A stretch of DNA of 62,304 nucleotides, the filler included. It is 5 parts of 5 records of this genome, joined end to end, with 100 filler letters (N's around TTAATTAATTAA, not from the genome) between each part and the next. Parts side by side here need not be neighbours in the genome. Positions count along the whole stretch, not along the records: positions 21,524 to 45,066 come from SRR31156797_19370; positions 45,167 to 51,231 come from SRR31156797_19416; positions 51,332 to 56,836 come from SRR31156797_19434; 2 more parts are not named here. The stretch is one strand, 5' to 3'. Under the pieces are notes generated by a model. The model saw only the letters and a list, made by a program, of their open reading frames with translations, made no database searches and was not told the DNA's origin. Each line of letters begins with the position of its first letter. Within the stretch, counting starts at the first letter, position 1. Below are positions 41,271-51,665 of this stretch, piece after piece. The position numbers and the translations under genes are program-made.

Positions 41271-41684
41271 TTAGTCTTCTGAGGGTTCTTCAGCATCCTC
41301 ACAAGGTTCTGAACCTTCCCCACAACTGTCGTCTTTCTTTGCTTTCTTCATTGACTTGACTTTCTCAATAAGTCCTGGAACAGATTCCAGTATCTTACCA
41401 AAATCAGTCTGTCCGGACAAGGACATAAGCTTAGTGCCTTCCGGTGAAATAACTATGAATGCTACTGGCTCTATTTTAGCACCTGCTCCACCGCCGCCGC
41501 CAAAACCTTCTTCTTCTCCCTTCTTCTTGCCTTCGCCGCCACCGGTACCAAATCCAAATGATACTTTTGTGACAGGGATGATGGTGGTCTCACCAACCTC
41601 CATAGCTTTACCGATCACTGTTTCTGTACTTACGAGCCTTTCAAGCTCTGCAGATACTTCTTTCATCAGGTCTTCTAATGCCAT
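41271..41684 (-). CDS. GerW/YtfJ family protein
   Basis: TVIG....TIIPVTKVSFGFGTGGG and GGGGGAGAKIEPVAFIVI motifs. Confidence 0.88.
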   Translation of the reverse strand: MALEDLMKEVSAELERLVSTETVIGKAMEVGETTIIPVTKVSFGFGTGGGEGKKKGEEEGFGGGGGAGAKIEPVAFIVISPEGTKLMSLSGQTDFGKILESVPGLIEKVKSMKKAKKDDSCGEGSEPCEDAEEPSED

Positions 41685-41864
41685 TGTATTAACCCCTATT
41701 AGAGTATGGAACTCCATCCATAATATTCTTTACTAAGAGATAGAGAGTTTTCAAAATATAAAGAAGTAGCCCCTATAGAAACCTGTAGTATACTGCCAAT
41801 AAGAAATCATCTTCTACCCGGGAATTGCCGCAAATTATTGGGAATTATTGGGAACTAACGAAAA

Positions 41865-44042
41865 CTAAGAATTGTCCTGGAAGAAGTTCATAAGGGAATA
41901 TTTTACCTTCTCGGGTTCAACATCGATAAACTCATCCCTTTCGTCATCAGGAAATATCTCATGCACCGAGAATTTACCGAACTTCTTCGGGGCCTCGGTA
42001 CTGAACCTGCCATCAAGAAGTATCCTGACACCATAATCAACAGGAGAGCGTACTACCCTCCCCATTGCCTGGCGGATCTTACGAATAGTCGGCACCTGGA
42101 CTGCAAACTCCCAGCCTGCGCCATAGCCGAAAGTATGGTCGTATGCAGATTCCACGGCATTCATCCTGTCGTTAAGAGCCGGATAGCCCACACCTACTAT
42201 GATAACTGTCCTACCCCTGCCGTCGCGGTAATCAATTCCCTCGCTCAGGGTGCCCCAGAGATACGAAACCAGCACGGCTTTGCCTCCTGATTCGCCAACC
42301 CTGAAGAAATCTTCCCTTATTTCCTGGGATGAGACACCGACCTCATCAAGGAAAACAGGCACATCAGACCGGGCTTCCAGTTTGCTGTAGTATCTTCGCG
42401 CCTCAAAAGAGCTCTGGAAGAAAACAATTACATTGCCCTGTGTCTGCTCCACTGTATCAAACAGGACTTCTTCAACCATCTGCAGAGTCTGCGGATCATC
42501 CCTTGTCTTTGCAAAAAGAGGAGGAATTGAAACAGATAATGTCAGACGTTTATCCTCAGGGAACGATGTCCCGTAGGAAAGTTCGGTTGTAGACCTTGCG
42601 ATTCCCAGAGTGGACTTTACCATATCAAATGGTCGCAGAGTTGCCGACATCAGAATTGCTGAGAATACAGAATCAAATAAAGGTTCTGTCACATTCTTGG
42701 GGATACATGTGAAAAGTTCTATCCTTCCGTAGATCTCGTCATTAAGATCACGTCGCACATTCAGGACCGGATAGTAGTTCAGATTATTTGAAAGCACAAG
42801 ATACGATGAAAGGAAGTCCGAAGCGTACCTTATGTGTGACTTTTTCAGGACAGCACTCAACCCTTTTTTGTACTGCTCACGGTAGTTATTGTCAAGCATT
42901 TCACCGAATGCACTTGCCTCTGAAAGGACTTTCTGTATCTCAGGTTCTTCACCAAAACCTGCTTCCTTTGCAATCTTGAGGAACTTACCCCGGACCATAT
43001 CATTGCGCTCGTACGGGTCACTGATACGCATATCATACCAGTGCCTCCCAACTCTTTCACGTTCACCGAATTTGAAACGGGAATTGTATATATCCTGCAT
43101 GACATTGAGCAGTATCTTTAACAGGTTGTGAATACCACCATCAGGCATCTGGTCAATGTTTGCCTCTATTTCCGCAATTGCTTTTTCAACAGTATGCTCT
43201 GTGATAGTGATAGATGAATGTGATCTTGCAGCAGACTCTATATTGTGCGCCTCGTCAAAGATGACTATGACATCCTGTGGTTCCTTCTCAAGCCAGTTAA
43301 GCACTGTCATGAAGATATCCGAGTTCAGTACGTGATGGAAATTGCATATTACAAGCTCTGCATGCTTGAGTTCACGCTTCACCAGCTCATAGCCGCACAT
43401 ACTTTTCTGGAAAGCATAATCATTTACTTCTTCAGGAGTGCGTACATCCTCAAACAACCACTGTCTGAAAGCTTCACCATCATAACGCAGGACCTCATAT
43501 AGATGGTTACATGACCGTTTTCGAAGCTCCTTTGATTTTTCCTCAGCCACATCCAGTTCCTTTGAAAGAGCATCTCTCAAAGCTATAAGAGCAGGATCCC
43601 TCGACTTCTTGTAATTTTCAGAGGCAGACTTCATTTCCTGCTTTTTGAGGATGAGTTCCCTCTCTTTTTCCAGCAATTCAAACGTGTTCTCCCGCTTAAG
43701 CTGGCATTCCTCATAGTCAGTCTCAGTGGGACACATTGTGGCCTTACCCTTGACAACTGCAACTTTCAGGTCATTGGTCTGCTTTATTTCCCTGGCCTCG
43801 TTGATGAACTGAACCATCTGCTGATGAACGTTGGTAGCAATAATTACCGTTTTCTGTAGTTGCTTTGCTACATTAAGTGAAGGTGCCAGAGCACTCAGTG
43901 TCTTACCTGTGCCACATGCTCCTTCAAAAAGAATGATCTCCTTATTAATGAGAGAAGCATGGATCTTATCCATTGCATCCTGCTGATTCGGGTAGCAGGT
44001 ATCCTTTGGGAAATATCTCATGTATCCGGTCTTGCCGCTCAT
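41865..44042 (-). CDS. XPD/Rad3-family Fe-S DNA helicase
   Basis: EGACGTGKT, DEAHN, SATL, SEGIDY and QAMGRVVRS motifs; Cys residues consistent with an Fe-S cluster. Confidence 0.92.
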   Translation of the reverse strand: MSGKTGYMRYFPKDTCYPNQQDAMDKIHASLINKEIILFEGACGTGKTLSALAPSLNVAKQLQKTVIIATNVHQQMVQFINEAREIKQTNDLKVAVVKGKATMCPTETDYEECQLKRENTFELLEKERELILKKQEMKSASENYKKSRDPALIALRDALSKELDVAEEKSKELRKRSCNHLYEVLRYDGEAFRQWLFEDVRTPEEVNDYAFQKSMCGYELVKRELKHAELVICNFHHVLNSDIFMTVLNWLEKEPQDVIVIFDEAHNIESAARSHSSITITEHTVEKAIAEIEANIDQMPDGGIHNLLKILLNVMQDIYNSRFKFGERERVGRHWYDMRISDPYERNDMVRGKFLKIAKEAGFGEEPEIQKVLSEASAFGEMLDNNYREQYKKGLSAVLKKSHIRYASDFLSSYLVLSNNLNYYPVLNVRRDLNDEIYGRIELFTCIPKNVTEPLFDSVFSAILMSATLRPFDMVKSTLGIARSTTELSYGTSFPEDKRLTLSVSIPPLFAKTRDDPQTLQMVEEVLFDTVEQTQGNVIVFFQSSFEARRYYSKLEARSDVPVFLDEVGVSSQEIREDFFRVGESGGKAVLVSYLWGTLSEGIDYRDGRGRTVIIVGVGYPALNDRMNAVESAYDHTFGYGAGWEFAVQVPTIRKIRQAMGRVVRSPVDYGVRILLDGRFSTEAPKKFGKFSVHEIFPDDERDEFIDVEPEKVKYSLMNFFQDNS

Positions 44043-44092
44043 CGACCTACTTATGACCTCACATTACTTAAACGGTTTTGATGCGTAAGAGG

Positions 44093-44731
44093 TCATTCTG
44101 CAGGAGTGACTATACATTTGCATTCAGCTATCAGACACTGCGTTTTAGTATCAAATATTTTGATAGTAATCTCCCCATTCTCTTTCAGACCATAGTTGTT
44201 CGAAGTATTAGAGTTTCCATCTATACTAACATATACAGAAGAGGCAGATGTGCCATTGACACTGTCATAACCATTGAGTACGAGGTGTTCACCTGTTGAC
44301 CAAACTCCATCGGAAATATCAGGATTTCTTGTAGCATATGGACTTTCTTTTCCGTCAAAGAGAAGGTTGTCATACCGTATAACAGCATCACCGCTTAGAA
44401 GCTGACCTCCAATAAAATTAGGTGTGTTGCTACTTCCTTCGCCTGTTATCACTATCCCTGTGGAATCGGCAAACAATGGGTCACCTCCCTTATGCTCCAG
44501 ATACAAAAAATTATGTTTGAACTTAACTGAATTTGGCACACCGCCCTCAACAGACTTCACTTCAACAACTGCCATTGGAGCCCCTGTAAGTGGTTTAGCA
44601 ATGCCGTCCCCATACACCGCCGACACAGTTACCCCTGCCAGCAGAATTGTCATAAATGCCATCAATATGACTCCAATAACAGGGGAAACTCCTCTGCTAT
44701 TGCTCCATAAAATTGAAATTCGTTTTTGCAT
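44093..44731 (-). CDS. Archaeal type IV pilin-like protein (Pilin_N/DUF1628)
   Basis: Class III signal RG|VSPVIGVILM and HKGGDPL motif; ATG at 44731. Confidence 0.88.
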   Translation of the reverse strand: MQKRISILWSNSRGVSPVIGVILMAFMTILLAGVTVSAVYGDGIAKPLTGAPMAVVEVKSVEGGVPNSVKFKHNFLYLEHKGGDPLFADSTGIVITGEGSSNTPNFIGGQLLSGDAVIRYDNLLFDGKESPYATRNPDISDGVWSTGEHLVLNGYDSVNGTSASSVYVSIDGNSNTSNNYGLKENGEITIKIFDTKTQCLIAECKCIVTPAE

Positions 44732-44802
44732 GAGTTTAATTTTGATAACTGATATATAAATTAATCTTAATTGTTTCAATATATAAACTGCATTATAATG
44801 TA

Positions 44803-45066
44803 GAGTCTGTAGAAATCCTGTGAATTCTAGCTTTGAAGTCAAAAACTTTCCATAACCGGATTTAGTCCATTTTTTCAATTAGTCGCGATTGAACGTGCCG
44901 CCTGCGGCGGGTGGTTGTACTGTTCTTTATTTCCTAATGGTCTTTTGCAGAACTATCAAAAACACAGGAGTACGTAGGACAATAGTTTTTCTAAACGAAG
45001 GCATGAATAACTTCAACAGCCCGGAGGGTCCCGGCAAAGCCGGCATGATCCGAAAAGATGAAAAAT
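44803..45066. mobile_element. Second, inverted copy of the MITE-like element (truncated by contig end)
   Basis: TIR GAGTCTGTAGAAATCCT at 44803-44819; core 44891-45066 is colinear with the reverse complement of 30724-30893 and lies the same distance from the TIR. Confidence 0.8.
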
Positions 45067-45166
45067 NNNNNNNNNNNNNNNNNNNNNNNNNNNNNNNNNN
45101 NNNNNNNNNNTTAATTAATTAANNNNNNNNNNNNNNNNNNNNNNNNNNNNNNNNNNNNNNNNNNNN
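45067..45166. other. Artificial contig spacer
   Basis: N44-TTAATTAATTAA-N44. Confidence 0.99.
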
Positions 45167-47902
45167 AGCATACTCCCATTCGGCTTCTGTGGGTAACCTG
45201 AATCCATTATTTATAAAAGTTATGGTTACATTGGTATCTACTATATCATAATAATCATTGTATCCAGCCATATTACTTAGCCAATTGCAATACTCTATCG
45301 CTCCAAACCAACTCACTAGAAAAACAGGACAATTAATGCTATCTGCAAAAGAATTTGGTTCAAATACATAACCGTATATAGCATCGTAATGTATCGGAGA
45401 GTCAACATGTCCAATATCGATCAATAATTTACTATCATAATAACCGTCAATGGTAATACCGCCATAATTATTTAAAAACAATAAATATTCTTTAATTGTC
45501 ACCTCGTGTTTTAACAAATAATAATCATCCAAGGTTACATCATGTGTGTTCTGCTCATCAAGATCACCATCACCCCATGTATCACCCATTGTGAATGTCC
45601 CACCATCAATTAATATCATTGGCAGAGTGTTTACTTTTATGGAATCCCCATAGCTTAAGCCAACTGCATTTTCCGCATATGCCCTTACGTAGTAAGTTTT
45701 GTCGGCATCCAGAGAGTTTATTTGTGATTTATAATCAAGGTCCTGATCAGTATTCTTAACAACATTATCTAAAATATCGGGATTGGTATCTTCACTCCAG
45801 CAAAAGCCTTTTGTAATATGATTCAAATTACCATTATTTACCACGATACCGTTCACGATCGCATGCTCAAGGTACGCTTCAGCATTATCTAAGGTTCTGA
45901 CTACCGGTTTTGACAATGTAACATTATCCTGAGATGAGTATGGAGTATAAATACCAGCTGAAATTGCTCTGACCCGATATGAATATGTCCCTTCAATTGA
46001 AATATCCTCATCTACGTAAATTAATACATCATTCCCCAGATCGGCAATTTCCACAAATGAATCATCGGATATTTTCCTTTCCAGTTTAAATCCGTTTTCA
46101 TAAATACAATCATGATTCCAGGTTATGGTAAGATGATCCTCTGAATTCACATTCACTGCTAAGTTCTCAGGAACTTCAAAAGCCGGAATTGTACAATTTA
46201 TCTGCGAAGAGCCGGAAATATTATTATCTGTATATGCAAAAACCCTATAACTATATTGAATTTCAGTTGATAAGCCGCTATCATAATAACTTGATGTATT
46301 CATGTTTACACGGGAAATCTCCGCATAAGCTCCCATATTTTCACTTCTTTGAATAATAAAGCCATTATGATCAAAATTACAATCATGCTCCCAGCTCAGG
46401 TTAATGCTTTTCACATTGATTATTTGTGTTGATAAGTTGCTTGGTGCTGGAAGTATTGTTGAAATGATCTCATTATTTGATGCCGGAGATATATTATATC
46501 TGGTGTATGCTTTAACTCTGTAGTCATAGTTGGTATTTATCGTTAATCCAGTGTCAGAATAAACACAAATATTTTCAGCAGTTCTTCCAATCTCGGTATA
46601 GGGAGCACTTCCATTTTTTCTTTCAATGATATATCCATCTTCGAATGAGCATTCATGTTGCCAATCTAAGCGAACACTTTGATCATCAAGAGCTTGAAGT
46701 GTTAGAGAAACTGGTGGAAGAAATAATGTTTGTCCACTTGCAATATTTGAATAACCCGATATATTAATTTCACTTAATGCACAAACACGATACTCGTAAA
46801 TAACACCTAAACTTAGGGCTGTATCAACGTAAGTTAATTCGTTGGCATTTGTTCGTGCAATCTCGACAAATACATCAGAATCATTCTTCCTTTCAATAAT
46901 ATACCCCGTTTCATAAACGCAGTCATGCAACCATTCCAATCTAAGACTTTGATCATCTATTTGTATAGTTCTTAGTCCTCTTGGTACTTCAAAGCGTGTA
47001 GATTTGCTCATTGGATCTGAAGCTGAAGAAGTATGTTTAGAAGAATATGCTTTAACTCTGTAGTTATATTCAGTATCAATTGTTAGCCCGGAATCAATAT
47101 ATTCAAATTCATTCTCCAATATTCTTGATATTTCTTCAAAGGTACCTTGAGCAATACTTCTTTCAATGATATAGCCCTTTTCAAAATCACAATCATGCAA
47201 CCATTCGATTTTAATGGATTGATCGCTAATAGTAGTTCCAGATGTTATTTCTATTTCATTCCATAATGAGATTTCTGGGCTGAGTAAAGATTCATTGTAT
47301 ATTGAAAAAGCTTTAGATCTATACTTGCAGTGTCCTACCGATGATAAAGTATCATCATACTGGGTTGTATCATAACCCACTATGCCAATTACTTTAAAAT
47401 CAACTCCTTCTATGCTTCGTTCTATAATGAAACCTTCTTCTTCGTTGGTATCATATTCCCATGACAAAACTGTTGCAGAATCATTTACTGAAATAATTCC
47501 AAAATTCTGTGGAGCTGGAAATGTTGTTTGAAGAATATTTGAAGTGTCAAATTCTGATCTGTTATTATTAGCAGTAGCTCTTAAATAATAGGAATAATTT
47601 GTCCCAAAGATCAATGCCGTATCAAGAAATGCTCTATCAAAGGTATCAACAGCCGCAATACTATCAATTTGATCTCCATTGTCTGACCGAAAGATCTCAA
47701 AACCATCGATCAACAAATTTGTCTGACGCCACGTCAATAAAATCTTGGAATCCGAAATACATTCTACCGATAAACTGTCCGGACACCATTTTTCGCCTTG
47801 ATCATTACTTTCCGGATCAAATGGATTGAAGTATGACGGAGGGCGATCACAGGAAACGATCAATAAAACAATAAATAGTATTTTTAGGATTATTTTTTTC
47901 AT
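45167..47902 (-). CDS. Lipoprotein with multiple Fn3 repeats and a C-terminal FGE-sulfatase (SUMF1/CLec) domain, 3'-truncated
   Basis: Lipobox LIVSC; repeated W.H.C.FE.GY.IER...Y.D..L....Y.YRV.A units; GGTFTMG, HEVT, PV..VSW.GA..YC.W and FRLPTEAEWEYA motifs. Confidence 0.9.
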
Positions 47903-47903
47903 T

Positions 47904-50900
47904 TTATTTAATAAATATTACTTTCATTAAATCAAATACATCGTTTGATTGTAACTTTAATATATACATTCCGGAACTGATCTGATCCGGCTGCCAGATC
48001 AATGAATAAATACCCGGAAGTTTGTTTTCCTCCATTATGACATCTACCTTCTGTCCTAATATATTGTAGACAATTAATGTGATTTTAGATTCTTCTTTGA
48101 TACCATATTGAATAGTTATCGATGGATTAAATGGATTGGGATAAGCATTGCTTATACCAAATTCATCAGGAATAATTGATACCGATACAGGTAAACCTAC
48201 AATACCATTTTTTGATAGTTTAGCATTTGCAATTCCCTTTTTTATTTTACCACCTGAAAACTTTAAGTATGAATTATCAGATATAATCGCTTCAATATTC
48301 CCTGAAGCATCTTCTGACAGATCACAGGTGAGGAAGAAATATGTTGTGCTAGTATCAATCTTAATATTAAAATTCTTGAAGGTCAAGATACATCCTTCTC
48401 CCGGATCACCTGTGATAATATTCCCAAATCGGGAATCGCTTTCAGCATTAAATGTACTATCTTGGCTTTCCCATAGACAAATATTGGAAGCTCCACTTCT
48501 TTCTAAATTTAATTTAATATTAATTTCATATAGACTTGATATATTAGCGGATTCTAATTGAAATCTTCCAATTACCTGCTTATCATCACCCTGATTCACA
48601 TTTAGATCTGTTTTGCTTCCATCCATAAAATTTACATCGTTTATTATTGATCCTTTATGTTCCCACCATGCAATTGAATTACCGCTATAAGAAGACCCAA
48701 AAATATCCAGATCACCATCATCATCCATATCTGCAAGACTAACTTTGGAAGCATGATAAAAATCACTTGAAATAGGTGTTAATGAAAATTCCTGATTACC
48801 ATTGTTTTCCAGATACTCGATACTATTTGAGTAGTAACCGGCACCGATGATATCAATATCACTGTCTCCGTCAATATCTTTTGCATCAATAGAAACTATA
48901 TTATCAAAATCATCAGTTACAATATTTTCAATAAATTCTTCTTCGCCGTCATTTTCCCACCACCTGATCGAATTGTCGCTTGCAGCACATCCGATAATAT
49001 CCATATCACCATCCATATCTAAATCAATTGAAAGAACATCCATTGCATAATTAAAATCATTTGTTAGAATATGTTGTGTGAAATTTTGAACACCGTTATT
49101 TTCCCACCAAGATATATTACCTGACTCGTTTGAAGAGGTAATTAAGTCTAAGTCAAAATCACTATCAATATCTGCGCATTTTACAGAAGAACCACCATAA
49201 TACTCGTTATTAATTATGTGCTGGATAAATTGACCTGATTGTTTATTTTCCCACCAGCTTAATCTTCCCAGGTATTCCGCAACACCTACTATATCAATAT
49301 CTGAATCGCCGTCAATATCTTTCAAACAGATTGATGAAACACCATCAAAATTCGTTGTTACGATGATCTTATTAAAAGTAAAAGGACCAAAACTTTCCCA
49401 AATAAGTATTTCTCCGGATGTAATTGAAGTTCCTATAATATCTTTATCTCCATCATAATCCATGTCGCATATCATAACATTATTTATGCCTGCTATATTA
49501 TCAATAATTATTTCCTGGTATTCATTAAAGCCATTATTTAAGCATAGAATTAATTCATCTCCTGTTTCTGAAGCTGCAATTAGGTCCATATCACCATCAT
49601 AATCTATATCGTCAACACTTAGAGAACGCGCTCCCGGATAATTATTTGATATAATATGTTCATTGAAGCTTCTTAAACTCAATGAATTACCTGATAGAGG
49701 AAAATAATCAATTTCAGTACTTAATTTTCCTCCGGAATATTGCATGGAATGATCATCTTTTATAAATGCTTTTATACTACCGGCAGCAGAATCAGAAACA
49801 TTACATATTAAAAAGTAATATGTCCCATTTGTAGATATTGGACTTACAAAATCACCAAAGTGTAGATTGCCATTATCACCTGGATCATGTTCTATTGTAT
49901 TACTCAGTTGTATATCTGTCTCTGGATTAAAGCTACTATCGGCACTTTGCCATAAGCTAAAATCAGATAATCCGATTCTCTCTTCATTAAGCACTATATT
50001 TGCTTCAATTAAACTAAATACTGAGGATGATTTTAATTTAAATCGGCCAATAACTTGATCCTGTTCTCCGATAGTGGAAGCAGGCTCATATTCACTTCCA
50101 TCAGTGAAACTAGCTGTAGCAGTTGGTGAACCATCTTTTTCCCAACACATCAAAGTATGCGAACTTTCTGCAGTTCCTAATATATCTAAATCTCCATCTG
50201 AATCTAAATCATCCAAATGTATTGACCTTACTTCATCAAAAGTGTTCGATATTGTATTAATAATATCAAAATTCAGATTACCAGTATTCTTCCACCAAGA
50301 TATATTATCCAATACTGAAGAAGAGGCTATTACATCAATCTTACCATCACCATCAATGTCGTTAGCAATTATGTTTGATGGTCTTCTGAAATTTTCAATA
50401 ATTATATGCTCAGTGAACTCCTGGCTTCCATTATTTTCCCATAAATATATGTTTTCATATGCAGTGGAACTTCCAAGCACATCATAGTCACCATCATGAT
50501 CAATATCTATGGTATATAGTGAGTTTGCGTTAAGAATGTTTTTAATTTGATGTTTTGTAAAGTTTTCATTACCATCATTTTCAAACCAAGAAATATCACT
50601 CGCATATCTTGCAATTGTTAGTATATCTTTATCACCGTCAGAGTCAAAATCAATGGAAGATACGTGAAAAGCACCGTCGTAATTACTTATTATAGTATAA
50701 TCGGAAAAATTCTCATTCCCGTCATTTTGCCACCACTTAATTTCGTTGGAATAGGTACCGGCACCTAGAACATCCATATCCCCATCGCCATCAAGATCAA
50801 TAGAAAAAACTGAACAGGCTCCATCAAAGTCATTGGAAATTGTATGTTTTATGAAATTATGATCACCCGTATTTTCCCACCATGAGATATCATCGTTCAA

Positions 50901-51231
50901 TAATGAAGTAGCTAAAATATCATTTTTACCATCTTGATTGACATCATTAATAAATAGCGACCATGCTTGAGGATAATTTTCTTGAATAATATGCTCATAG
51001 TAATTGTTATTCCCATTATTTTCCCAGACAGAAATACGGGCAAGATTTTTTGCTGCACTAATAATATCTGTATCTCCATCTGAATCCATATCCTCAGAAA
51101 TAATAATGTTTGCACCATTATATTCAGATGAAATTATGTTTTCAATCCAATATTCTACGGGAGTGGTAAATGATACATTATTACCATAGCTTATTCCTGC
51201 TACATTGATTGCATAAGCCCGCACGTGATAA
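47904..51231 (-). CDS. Large secreted FG-GAP/VCBS repeat protein with a C-terminal T9SS/FlgD-Ig-like sorting domain, 5'-truncated
   Basis: About 14 D.DGDGD.D...I.WWEN.G repeats in two blocks; C-terminus NAYPNPFNPSITIQY...SSGMYILKL. Confidence 0.88.
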
Positions 51232-51331
51232 NNNNNNNNNNNNNNNNNNNNNNNNNNNNNNNNNNNNNNNNNNNNTTAATTAATTAANNNNNNNNNNNNN
51301 NNNNNNNNNNNNNNNNNNNNNNNNNNNNNNN
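51232..51331. other. Artificial contig spacer
   Basis: N44-TTAATTAATTAA-N44. Confidence 0.99.
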
Positions 51332-51335
51332 GTCC

Positions 51336-51566
51336 CTAACGATGAAGGGCGCTTTCGATGGCGCTCTGGTTGAACCCGACGATGATCTTTCCGTTGATAT
51401 CGATGACGGGTACGCCCATCTGTCCGGATTTTTTTACCATCTCCTCCGCCTTGGCGGGATTTACGGACACGTTATAGTCGGTATAGGAGATATCATTCTT
51501 CTTGAAATAATCCTTGGCTATGTTGCAGTATCCGCAGCTGGGAGTGGAATAAACGATAACTGACAT
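51336..51566 (-). CDS. Glutaredoxin-like protein (YruB/NrdH type)
   Basis: YSTPSCGYC, SGQMGVPVI and VGF motifs; AGGAGG RBS. Confidence 0.92.
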   Translation of the reverse strand: MSVIVYSTPSCGYCNIAKDYFKKNDISYTDYNVSVNPAKAEEMVKKSGQMGVPVIDINGKIIVGFNQSAIESALHR

Positions 51567-51592
51567 ACAGGCACCTCCTGGTGTAATTAGAT

Positions 51593-51643
51593 ATATATTG
51601 AAAACTATATATTCAATATATTAAACTATCCCTGTGTTGTCAA
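51593..51643 (-). promoter_or_regulatory. Sigma70 promoter with an overlapping inverted-repeat operator
   Basis: Minus-strand TTGACA (51643-51638), 17 bp, TATATT (51620-51615); ATATATTGAA-N9-TTCAATATAT at 51593-51621. Confidence 0.65.
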
Positions 51644-51665
51644 GGCTGTTTTCATATGGATTGCC

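Noticed and set aside
41769..41854. Weak TIR-like GCCCCTATAGAAACCT and a 10-bp duplication AATTATTGGG x2
   Set aside because: Too short and degenerate, with no partner TIR or TSD found.
41865..41867. TAG stop of XPD as possible pyrrolysine readthrough
   Set aside because: The helicase appears complete at this codon and there is no evidence of a conserved downstream extension.
44889..45122. 77-aa ORF (MNVPPAAGG...) and the similar MPPAADG ORF at 37715
   Set aside because: These are translations of the non-coding repeat; the first runs into the spacer and the second is mostly antisense to flpA.
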